Assembly: GCF_009914755.1 (NCBI RefSeq)
Contig: NC_060936.1
Reading direction: 5' to 3' (one strand)
Source of the DNA: the human T2T-CHM13v2.0 reference genome, Homo sapiens
DNA length: 64,000 nucleotides
The translations under genes and the position numbers were made by a program. The notes under the pieces are model-generated. The model was not told where the DNA came from. It searched no databases and saw nothing but the letters and a program-made list of their open reading frames with translations. Shown here piece by piece: positions 50,145 to 62,057 of the stretch (position 1 is the first letter of the stretch; every line of letters begins with the position of its first letter).

Positions 50145-50443
50145 TTTTTTTATTTTTGGAGACAGAGTCTTGTTCTGTCACCCAGGCTTTAGAGTACCAC
50201 AGTGTGATCTCGGCTCACCGCAGCCTCCGCCTCCTGGGTTCAAGCGATTCTCCTGCCTTAGCCTCCTCGGTAGCTGGGACTACGGGCATGAGCCACCAGA
50301 TCCAACTAATTTTTTGTATTTTTAGTAGAGACGGGGTTTCACCATGTTGGCCAGGCTGGTCTTGAGCTCCTGATCTCAGGTGATCTGCCCGTCTCACCCT
50401 CCCAAAGGGCTGGGATTACAGGTGTGAGCCACTGTGCCCAGCC
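50145..50443 (-). mobile_element. Alu (S)
   Basis: Antisense Alu; TSD GAAT(G/A)TTCACTT. Confidence 0.9.
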
Positions 50444-51137
50444 AGAATATTCACTTCTAAATGTGGGTGTGTATTCAGGTGACTTGGGATTAAAAAAAAA
50501 AGAAAAAACCCTTATGGGATTTTATATTTAGAAGTTCTGTTGTTGAAATATGAACCTGTATCTGTTGTTGCAGTGGCAGAAGGCTGCAGCACAATGAATG
50601 ATTATTGTGAAAGCTGGTAATTTTGTGCCCACAAATAATTGTCAAGAACTTTCTAATAATAAAATACAGAAATAGATTAATAGTTGCTACAAACATAAAG
50701 AGAGACTCCATGGTAGAACACTTTAGGAAGCACATTTTATCTTTTTTGAACCAACATGTATTTCCAAACATGTAAGTAATAATATCAAGCGTGGTGGGAA
50801 GATTGGATTGGAGGCTGATTCTGATCTGTGTGTTGGGATGAACTGTGGCATTCACAGCATTGAGCAAAATCATCTTCAAGGACAGCGTTTAATTCTGTTG
50901 TTGACAAGTCTTTTAAGAAAAAGTACTAGTTTGGGAATTTTTCACAGATACAAATAAGCTTGACCCCTAAATTTAAAATATTATTTAAAAAATAAAATGT
51001 CAGATTTATTCATCTGTCACAGAGTTTATTCTGTTGATGGTAATATTGGCTTTGGCTAATCAGAGATTTCGACATGCAGGCATCCAGCTGAAATGTGACT
51101 TGGTGCACCCCTATGATGTGAGTTTGTGCTGTATTTA

Positions 51138-51382
<245 letters not shown>

Positions 51383-51454
51383 TCAAATTTAATGGCTAAA
51401 TTTAAAATACATATACCGGGTGCAGTGGCTCATACCTATAGTCCCAGTGCTTTT

Positions 51455-51925
51455 CTACCCATTCACTCACCCACCCACCCATTCATCCATCCATCTACCC
51501 ACCTGTCTGTCCATCCATCCATCCATTCACCCACCTACCTGTCTACCTACTCATCTGTCCCTCCATTCATCCACTCACCCACCCATCCACTGATCCACCT
51601 ACCAACTTGTCTATCCACCCACCCACCTATCCATCCACTCATCCATCTATCCATTCATTTACCCATCTACTTTTCCATCCATCTATTCATTCATCCATCC
51701 ATCCACCTATCCTTCTGTCTACTCATCCATTCACCCACCGACCCACCCATCCATATATCCATCCATCCACCCACACACCCATCCACTCAGCCAGCCATCC
51801 CGTCCATTCATTCATCCATCCATCCACCCCATCCGGCCATCCATCTATCCATCTACTCATCTGTCCATCCATCTACCCATCCATCCACCCATCTTCTTAT
51901 CTACCCATCCATCCATCCGTCCATT
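51455..51925. repeat. Degenerate (CCAT)n tetranucleotide repeat
   Basis: CCAT/CCAC/CTAT units over ~470 bp. Confidence 0.95.
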
Positions 51926-52631
51926 TTTAATCACCTACTCAAAGTGGAAAACCAACACATGCCCCTAGGAACTCACAGTCCTGGTGGTGAGTATCGGAAA
52001 GCACAGGGAAAGGAGTGCCTGACCTGGGAGAACGGAGGTCATGCTGAGTCTTCAGAGCAAATAGGAAGTTCCTGGATGGTTACGGGGGAGGGAAAGTCAC
52101 GGCAGCAGGAGTAGCGCACACATCACATGCATGTGACAGGGAGCAGTGCAGTGCATTCAGGAAGCTCGGGGCTGTGTGGTGAGGACTCAGAACGCAGGGA
52201 GAAGGCGGCACAGGCCCAGAGGATGAGGGGCTGTGGGTCAGAGAATGGTGGGAACCTCCCCAAATCCCAAGTTCCCTGAGGCCAGCCCAGGGCCAGCCTT
52301 GTGTGCGGGTGTTTCTGAGGATGGCGCGTCTCTGCATGAGCCTTGTGTGTCATGTGCAAGAGTGTGTGTTGTGTCCTATGTGTGGGAGGGAGCTGCCGGC
52401 GGTGCATTTGTGGGGGCCGAGGGCCAGTCAGGATGTGCCATTAGAACCACGTGGCTCCTGAAAGCAAGCCCGTGATACCAGAGATACCTGGTAGTAGCAT
52501 CTATATCTGATTAGCTGTACATCTCTTGACAGTCTTTTTAAAAGCATGAGTGAAGAAAGACATAAACTTCCGGATTTGCGTAAGTGAGCTTGCCAACTAA
52601 GGAAACACATGAGTATTATCTGTATCTTCAG

Positions 52632-52846
52632 GAGCACTTGATTAGACTCCAGAAACAGAAACTGCAGCTGCTCCCACCACCCCCACCACCACAGGCCCTG
52701 CCCGGGGCACAGCCAACCACACAAGTGCAAGTGCAGCCGTCACCCGCCTACCACAGCAGAGCCCCCAGCTCACCACAGTCACGGCCCCGAGACCCAGAGC
52801 CCTGTTGATGGGCACCACCATGGCCAACCTCCAGGTAGCCCGGCTT
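52632..52846 (+). pseudogene. EP400P1: EP400 C-terminal-region exon remnant (EHLIRLQKQKLQ...GTTMANLQVARL)
   Basis: cttcag acceptor and CTT|GTAAGC donor; matches recalled EP400 EHLIKMQKQKLQ...GTTVANLQVARL; frameshifted. Confidence 0.85.
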
Positions 52847-52869
52847 GTAAGCGTTCGGTCATCATTGCT

Positions 52870-53195
<326 letters not shown>

Positions 53196-53291
53196 TAATA
53201 CCTGATGGGGGCTGATGATTTCAACCCCTGAGGAAGGATAACGCAGTGTGACAGGGCAGGGCATATGTGATCCTTGTTTCTTGTTATTTAG

Positions 53292-53485
53292 ACTCGAGTT
53301 TCCACCTCCCACCTGCAAGGCCCAAGACTGACGTCAGCGCTGACGTACCAGATGGCCCAGGTTGCTGTGGCCACGCCCCCTGTGGTGTCTGTCCTGGCAG
53401 TTGTGGTGCTGTCAGCCAGGGTCACAGTGCTTCCATCAACGCAACGGGATCAGTGTTGTGATAAGGCAGCTGCAAAAAGCGGCAG
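53292..53485 (+). pseudogene. EP400P1: EP400 C-terminal-region exon remnant (TRVSTSHLQ...PPVVSV...GISVVIRQLQKAA)
   Basis: atttag acceptor and CAG|GTAGGC donor; matches recalled TRVPTSQLQ...PPVVSVP...GISVAIGQPQKAAG. Confidence 0.82.
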
Positions 53486-53600
53486 GTAGGCAGCCACCTT
53501 CGCCTCACCAAACTCGAAACAACTCACTTGAGTGAGTTGCATCAAACCTTTCTAAATTTCTCATTCTAGAAGTTGCTGAGTTGTTCTGCCATGTGTTAAC

Positions 53601-54218
53601 TTTTTTTTCTTATCAGTAAAATCTTTTATTTGGTTTATATTTCAAATGTAATTTAAAAAGTCTATAAGACAGGAAATTCGATAATATGAAAGCAGGGAGA
53701 AACTAAGTCGCACCATTTAGCTAAGCTCAGGGACAACGTTCATTTATAATAAATCAAACATTTGATTTTTTTCATGCCATCAGTTGTACTTAAACATATC
53801 CATCATATTTCAGTTGCAAAAGATGGTGAAGAACTCAAGCTGAAGAGGTGTCTGCTGAATTTTGTTGCTTCGGTAGGAGCTTTTCACCATCAGTTTTTAG
53901 AAAGTACGCATGACTCTCCTGTTGATATCTCTCTTGATTTGGCAAAGAGTACAAGGAGGACCGCAAAGGGTTGCCATATAATCATCACAAATAGATCCAG
54001 GGATGCCATATCACGTCCTGTAGAGAGTCCTCATTGCGACGCTTGCTCCACACAGCATTCATTCATATCAGCTGCAACTTGACACCCAAGGCACGGGAAA
54101 CAAAACGTGCCACAGAGGCAGACTCCACAGTCGCTGAAGCAGTCACACATGCCTGTCTGCCAGTTGGAGTTCTGGGGTGCCGGACCGAGACCGACTCCCA
54201 CAACGACCATCGGCGCCT
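53601..54218 (-). pseudogene. Processed pseudogene of PLAC8
   Basis: Minus strand reads PAPQNSNWQTGMCDCFSDCGVCLCGTFCFPCLGCQVAADMNECC...YGIPGSICDDYMATLC...TLCQIKRDINRRVMRTF* with no introns. AATAAA (TTTATT at 53625), poly-A (T run at 53601-53608), TSD CATGTGTTAA at 53590 and 54219. Confidence 0.92.
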
Positions 54219-54513
54219 CATGTGTTAATTTTTTAAGACACCTAATTAGAGCCTCATTCCTTGCACCTCCCCCTTTTAAGCAAATGGAGCAGAGGCCGCT
54301 GTACCCCCCAGCAAGAGCTGCTTGCCTCTATTAAGGGGAGATGCGGCATGGGCGTTATTTCTCCTTTTTAAGGCAGCAGGCATTTCCTTTACCATCATTG
54401 CCAGGCAGGTTACTCCTCTGAGCAAATCAGCGGCAATGATGAGTGTGAGATGCAGATCCTTGTCCATGCGCACTTCGTGTGTCCTGCGTGCTGTCTCTCT
54501 GCTGTCACCACAG

Positions 54514-54632
54514 GGGGCCAGATTGGCTGTGCAGCCTCTGCACATGCAGCAGCTCCGAAAGCTGAAACACCACCAGCAGTAAAAAGCTGTGCAGCCCTCA
54601 GCCGCTCCAGGCCTGCTGCTGCACAGCGGAAG
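54514..54632 (+). pseudogene. EP400P1: EP400 C-terminal-region exon remnant (VQPLHMQQLRKLK...*KAVQP...AAAQRK)
   Basis: ccacag acceptor, AAG|GTAAGT donor, in-frame TAA at 54580; matches recalled AQPVHMQQLLKLK...KAIQP...PAAVQQK. Confidence 0.82.
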
Positions 54633-54929
54633 GTAAGTGGCCGCTGGGCTTTGTGGGAGCTGCATCTCACACTCATCATTCAGGGCCCTTAGGCCAGAGT
54701 GGGGCTGGACTGAGCCCCTTCCTTTTGGAGGCAGCCGTTAAACAGAGCTGAGGAGGCTCCCTGCATGGGCTTCTGGAGGTGGGGAGGGGCCGAGTGTCAA
54801 GGAACTCTGACCCTGTAATTTTTACATATATTTGCTCTCTAGGGGAGAGCTTGCTTTGCTGTATAGTATAATTTTTCAAAAATATTTACAATGATTTCTG
54901 TGAAAAATCACTCTGACAAGGACTTCTAT

Positions 54930-57900
54930 TTCTGGTAATATGGTAGATGAGAGAACCTGAAAATCTATCTCAACAAAACATCTAAAAATGCCAGATTTTC
55001 AAAAAGTGCCAGATAAAATATATAAAACCGTGAATGAGTCTGCAGGATAGTGAGTCTAGAAACCAGGCGAGGGCTGAAGTCTAAGGAGGTAGTTCTGTGC
55101 TAAAGACACTCTATGGCCTGGGTCCCCATGGACCCAGATGACCTAGAACTTTGAGGTAAGTTTGGGGAGCAGTCTGGAGAAGCCTTGGGCCCAGGGAGGG
55201 GCAGAACCAAATTGGAGACCCCCATATAAGGCTGGGCTCACAGAGGGATACAGCAAACACTACCAGGAAATGATGAAGTGGGCAAACTACTACTCTAAGC
55301 TTCACTGCAGAAACAGTATCTCACTTGGCCATGGCTGTGGATGGAACATCTTTAAAAAGTCTCTCCTATAAATTTATGGCCCCTGGCTAGCACTCTCCAT
55401 CACAGGTATAGGGCCAAAGTTCATATTATTTACATGTTCAAAAGAACTGCAAACTGTGACTTTTAATTGCAAGCATATCTGGAGCTATAGTGCCCCCAGG
55501 CCTCTGGTAGAAAGAAATGTATGTCCTTGCAGGAGGAACCCCCAACCCAGGCCTCAAGGAATTCCAGCCAGCAGGATCCCTAGACTATAAGCTCATAGTG
55601 GAAAATCACAGCACACACAAGAGAAGGGGCCTCAGAAGTTATGGCCAAAAGAAGCACACCTGCAAAGACTCAGATGTTAGAATAGGAAATGCAAATATGT
55701 TTAATGTGTTTGAAGAAACAAAGGAGAAGCTAAAAAGCATAAATAAGCAAGAGAGTATCAGAGGCTAAGCAGATAATAAATGAACCAAATAGAACCTCTA
55801 AAAATGAAAAATGTAATAATTGAAATTCAAAACTTAATGGAAGTAATCTTGATCCCTACCTCACACCCCATAGAAAATTAACTCAATGAATCATAGACCC
55901 AAACATGAAATTCAAAACTATGAAACATAGGAAAAAAGTTTTGTGACTATAGGTTAAGTAAACATTTCTTAGATATGACACCAAAAATAGAGCCTATAAA
56001 AGGAAAAAAATTGGCAAGTCATACTTTAATAAAATTAAACCTTCTTGCTATGTGAAAACCATTGTTTAGAGAATGAAAAGACAAGTTACCAGGAGAAAAC
56101 CTTTGCCAGTCATGTAGCTGATTAAGGACGTGTAACCAGAACATACAAAAAACTGTCAAAGCTCACTAATACAAAAACAACTTATTTTGTACAGTGGGCA
56201 ACAGATTTGAGCAGACACTCCACCAAAGAAGCTCTCTAGGTGGCAAATAAGCACTGTCCTCTGGGAAATGCAAATAAAAATCACAATGAGAAACTACTGC
56301 ACACCCGTGAGAATGCCTTAAAAAAAAAAAAGACAAGACCAAAACCAAGTGTTAGTGAGGGTGTGGAACAACAGAAATTCTCATACCTTGTTGGTGGGAC
56401 TACAAGATAGTGGAGCCCTCTGGAATCAGTTTGGCAGTTTCTTATAAAATAAAACAATCATTTACTGTATGACCCAGCAATCCTGCCCCTCATTCTTTAT
56501 ACCAGAGAAATGAAGACATATGTCCACACAATAACCAAATACTGTAACCACAATGAAAAATGATGCAAGTGTTCACAGAAGCTTTATTCATTTACCTAAA
56601 ACTGAAAGCAACCCAGACACTCTTCAACTGGCCAATGGGTAAACAAACGGCAGCCCACCGGTTCCATAAAACAGCACTCAGCAGGAGACAGGACTGGGCC
56701 ACTGATGCTGGGGGCAGCGGGGATAAGCCTGAAATGTCTTATGCAGAGTGAAAGAGGCCACACTTAGAAGGCTGCAGTTTTTGTTTTTATATGACATTCT
56801 GGAAAAGACAACACTATAGCAACAGAGAAGAGCTCTGCAGTCACGAGGGGCTGGGGCAGTGGAAGGACTGACTTTCAGAGGGACAAGAGGGAATTCTGGG
56901 GGGCTGTGGAAAGATTCTGTATCTTGATGCTGATGGTTGTTACATGGCTGTGTGCATTGATCAAAACTGAAGTATGCATCAGAAACAGCGACTTGGACTG
57001 TATGTAAATTATACTGCAGTTTTTTTGTTTGTTTGTTTGTTTGTTTGTTTGTTTTTGAGACGGAGTCTGGCTGTGTTGCCCAGGCTGGAGTGAAGTGATA
57101 TTGGCTCACTGCAAGCTCCGCCTCCCAGGTTCACATCATTTTCTTGCCTCAGCCTCCCAAGTAGCTGGGACCACAGGTGTCCACCACCATGCCTGGCTAA
57201 TTTTTTTGTATTTTTAATAGAGACAAGGTTTCACCATGTTAGCCAGGGTGGTCTCGATCTCCTGACCTTGTGATCTGCCCGCCTCGGCCTCCCAAAGTGC
57301 TGGGATTACAGGCGTGAGCCACCGTGCCCAGCCTATACTGCAGTTTTAAAAAAGTTAATGGAAGGGTTAAACAATACATTAGAGAATTTGCGAGCTACAG
57401 AGAGATCTGGAGAAATAATCATGATAGCATGAGACTAGCAAACAAGACAAAGAAGACAGGCTGGCTGCAGTGCTCAGGCCTGTAACCCCAGCACTTTGGG
57501 AGGCCAGTGTGGGTGGATTGTTTGAGCCAAGCAGTTCAAGACCAGTCTGAGCAACAGAGTGAGGCCCCGTCTCTGCAAAAAAAATAAGAAAAGAAGAGGG
57601 AGGGGTGAGAAGATCTCACATTCAACTGAGTTCCAGAAGAGAATGAAAAAAGAAAATATTCAAAGAGTGGATGGCTGAGAATTTTCCAGAATGGGTTTAA
57701 TTTACCAGTCTAAAGACTGAAGAAATACAACAAGTCCCTAGCAGGATACAGACAAAGATACCTGTGCCTGACACATCTGGGCAAACTGTGGCACTCAAAG
57801 CAGATGAGAAAACCATGAAAGAATCCAGGAGGAAAACAGATTTCTCACGAAGGAAAGGCGATTCCATGGACAGCTCCCTTCTTAGTAGGAACTGTGGAAA

Positions 57901-58020
57901 CCAGAAGTAGCTTTAAAGTGCTGGGATAAAACTGTCTTTCAAGGATAAGAGTGAAAACAAAGACATACTCAGACAAAAACTGAAAACATTTACCACAAAC
58001 AAACTCACCTTAAGCAGGCA
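54930..58020 (+). mobile_element. Old L1M fragments, with AluY at 57020-57333 (-) and a FLAM-like piece at 57458-57585
   Basis: A-rich sense L1 motifs, e.g. TTCTTAGATATGACACCAAAA, TATGACCCAGCAATCC and ATGGCTGAGAATTTTCCAGAA. Confidence 0.7.
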
Positions 58021-58651
58021 AATGGCCCTCGATGTGGAAAGCAAAGCTCAGGGGACAGAGGGTGTACTGAAGAGTTGGCGGTGATGATCCCTGGAGGGTC
58101 CCCCCAGGGCCAAGAAGGGGGCTGGGAGCCATGCATGGTGAGACTGGAGTGTGAGCTTGAGGACAGCAAGAATCAGACGACCACCCCAGGCTGCCAGGGT
58201 GTGGCTCAGCCTATCTGCCCCTCACGCTGAGCTGCACAGATGCAAACACCTTCCAAACACAGTCACGAGGCCTTAGGAACGTCTCCAGAGCTTCCGTCAT
58301 CATCCGGGTCTCCTCGTCAGCTGCTGCCTGGTGAGGGCTCTGCCAGAGGACAGCCCGCCATCAAGGCTGAGGAGGCCGCCCCCACGTGCCACCCACGAAG
58401 CTGCCTGCAGGCCGGGAGGCTTCTCTTTTGGCTTCAGCCACATGTGAAGGAGAACCTGTCAAGCTCCGGCTGATGAAGTCTTCAGAAGGGCTCAGAGTCA
58501 AGCGGCAGAACTCCTGGTGCCATCTGCTTAATTACAGGCGCGGGTTTTCCTCGGTGTTTTGATCTATAAATACGAAAAATAAGAACAGCACCGGTGCTGA
58601 ATCTATGTCATCCCATGAATGGATGAACTGGTTGAAAAAAAAATAGCCTGA

Positions 58652-59187
58652 TACTGGGAGCCAAAAAGGCCGAAGGGATCGTGACCAACTCAGCATTCCA
58701 CTGGAGGCTATATGATCAATCAGCAAACTGTTTATCCTGAATGTAGGATGTGAGTAAAACTCACAGCTGCGCCTGCTGCCAGAAGGTTTGCTGAGGGCGG
58801 TCACTCCCTGGCACTGGGGTCCTTGAAGTTATCTACTGGGAAATCTAGCGCCTGTTGTTCGAAGGATGCAGTCTCGCAAGCCTGCTGTGAACCAAACGGC
58901 GGACTGCCGATTACCCGACAATCACTGCACTTTGTCGCGATCTCTTTTACCAATAAATACGGAGGGCTGTGTAAAGCTCTATCTCTTTTACCAATAAATA
59001 TGGAGGGCTGTGTAAAGCTCAGGGCCCTTGTCCACTAGAGGCAAGGTGCCCCCTGACCCCTTCTTTCAAATATACTCTCTTGTCTCTTGTCTTTTATTCC
59101 CACGTTCGCCCCCTTTGTTCAGTCCACCAGGGATTGAGGGTGGTTACACGTGGCGCCCTGAACAGCGACAGAATCGGGCAGTTTACA
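58652..59187 (+). mobile_element. LTR3-like (HERV-K HML-6) LTR plus tRNA-Lys primer-binding site
   Basis: GGGAGCCAAAAAGGCCGAAGGGATCGTGACCAACTCAGCATTCC start; LTR ends TTACA at 59148; PBS-like TGGCGCCCTGAACAGCGAC at 59151-59169; TSD GCCTGA at 58646 and 59188. Confidence 0.75.
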
Positions 59188-60621
59188 GCCTGATCCATCT
59201 CACTGGGGTTAAATTTCACTTTTTGTATTTAGTTATTACCATAGTTTGTAATATGCTTATGTTATGTTGACTATTTGCATACCAATACTAATTGTAATGA
59301 TCTCTCAGTCGGGATCATTGTTTTTGAACGCCTAGAGCCTTGTGATCAATTTTCGTACACATTTCTGTTGCACAGAAGTCTGTGGGAGCTGTCAAAGGAT
59401 TCCAAGCATAAAATACATTAGGACTAAGTCTGCGGGAGAACGGAATGGAAATACAAAACCAGAATAAGGAGCGTTGTGGAACGTGGGTTGTTAAAGAGCA
59501 GCTTGGTTGTGTGGCATTGAGGCGAGGAGGCGGGGAGTGGCCGCCCACGGAGGGTCGGGCTCCTCGGAAGCAGTTTCCTGACTTGCATGGTAGTCCCTGC
59601 GGGCTCTGTTCTCATAGCCCAAGGCACAGTTTTGAACAGGAGGCACATGGTGTTCAAAAGCCACTGGTTCGGAATATGAGCAGGGCTTTCCCCTTTTGCC
59701 TGCTGGCCCCAGAGCTATGGGCTTGGTGGGCGGTGATTCTCTCCCACCTGATGGGAAGCGCTGTGACCTGGACCAGGAGCTGTAGGCCCCACCAAGAAGA
59801 GAACTGCGAGCAGCAGCAGGTGCATTTTAGAAGGTTCCTTGAGCGGGAGCAAGACCTCCTTTTCTGCCCAGTCACAGGACAGTGGTACAGAGGCCTTTTC
59901 CCTGTCATTTTTGCTGATGGTAGAGTCTCCAGGTGTGGTCCAGGGGAGCTGCTCCCCCAGGGCCGCAGCCCAGAGCAGCCGCCACCCCCGGATGCCTTCC
60001 ATGAGCCCCGCAACCCCCAGGCCTTCCTGGAGTGGGCGCCTGGTGTTGCCTCCCACCCCTGCCCGGCGCAGCCCCTGGGAGCAGGAGCCGTGGGGAGGGC
60101 TGGACTGCAGTAAGGACGCCTCGTGGGATGTGCCAAACCGCTGCGTGGAGCCTGGGCTGACTTCTCTGGATCTTGGTGCAACTGGCGTGGCCCTTCCAGG
60201 AAGCCGGGCCACCTGGCTCAGAGACGCCAGACCCTGGCCGGCAATGGGGCTGCCAGGGGCGGGGACGCTGGAGGAGCTAGGGGTGTGGGCCACTGTGCTG
60301 CCTGCCCCGGCCTGGCGGCCTCTCCGTAGCAGAGCTGAGGCTGGGACGCAGGTGGGGGAGCCTGGATGCGCCTCCTTCCTCAGCCACGGGAGGATGAGGT
60401 CCAGGAGCGCAGCGGGGCCCACGGGGGAGCGCCTTCGGGTGCGGCTCGTCGCTGCCACCCGTACAGTGGTTTCTTTTTATTTCCCACGCCTCCCCACAAT
60501 GATGTGGACGCCATCAGTGTCATTGGCAAGGGAGGGCCTTGTGCCACCCTCCAGAGACGTGGCTGCCACCCTGACCTGGGCGGAGTGTGGGGGTGGTTCT
60601 GCCCCCCTCCCCCCCGCCTGA

Positions 60622-61132
<511 letters not shown>

Positions 61133-62057
61133 TTGCTCTGCCTTCCTGACAGTGCAGACCTCGCTCCTGGAGGGCCAGACCCGTCCGACTCGCCCTAGAG
61201 TCTCTCAGCAACTAGAATGCACAGGGCCATGCGCAACACTCATGTCTGGAAAGGTGAAGGAGGGGTTGGCCGCCCCTCCATGGCTCTGCCGTCTTCCAGC
61301 TCTTTCTCTAAGGCCTGTCCTTTGAGTTCATAGATGAATACCCAGCAAGTCACAGTTCAGGCCTAGCAGCCAACCGGCCAACAGCCAAGAGCAGCCTACC
61401 ACTGCAGCCCGCCAGGAGAGTGGCCTAGCCTCCGTGGCCCACCGTCCGCGGCCCACCAGGAAAGCACTGTTTCTGCCATCCCCCATGTCTCAGGTTCCCA
61501 AGGCCACGGGGACCGCGCCAGTGCAGGCCTACATGCAGGTAGGGGCAGCTCACACTGTGCCCCTCCCACATGGCCACACGGGGTCAGGCCAGTGGCTGCT
61601 GTGCTCCTTGCTGTCATTATCCTACTTTCAAGACCTACCCCCTTCCTCCGTAGAGGTAAGGAGACGGGAATGTGTGGACAGCTCAGGCCCACACTGCACA
61701 TTGAAGGTCCCTCCTCCCTATTCTGTGCTCCGTGAAGGTCGCAAAGAGCCCTCGAGGCCCAGCCACGGACGCCTGCCTGAGCCCTCAGCAGCTGGTGGCC
61801 CAGCAGGTGAGTGCCCACCATCCTGCCGCCGGCATGGCCCCGGCACACCCCTCAGCCCCCACCCCACCCCCTCTCGCCTGGTCCCCACCGTCACCAACAG
61901 CTCTGTCCTCCTCTTGCCCCTCCCACCTCTTCCTTTGTGTGCTCAGCTGCTGTCCCTCCCGCTCCTCTCCCCTCTCACATCTCGAAACTCTGGGGAAGGA
62001 TCCAGGCCCCCGTGCCACTGTGGAAGGGCCGGGACGGGCCTGCCCAATGCACTGCAG

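Noticed and set aside
53762-54082. 106-aa plus-strand ORF
   Set aside because: Antisense reading of the PLAC8 retrocopy.
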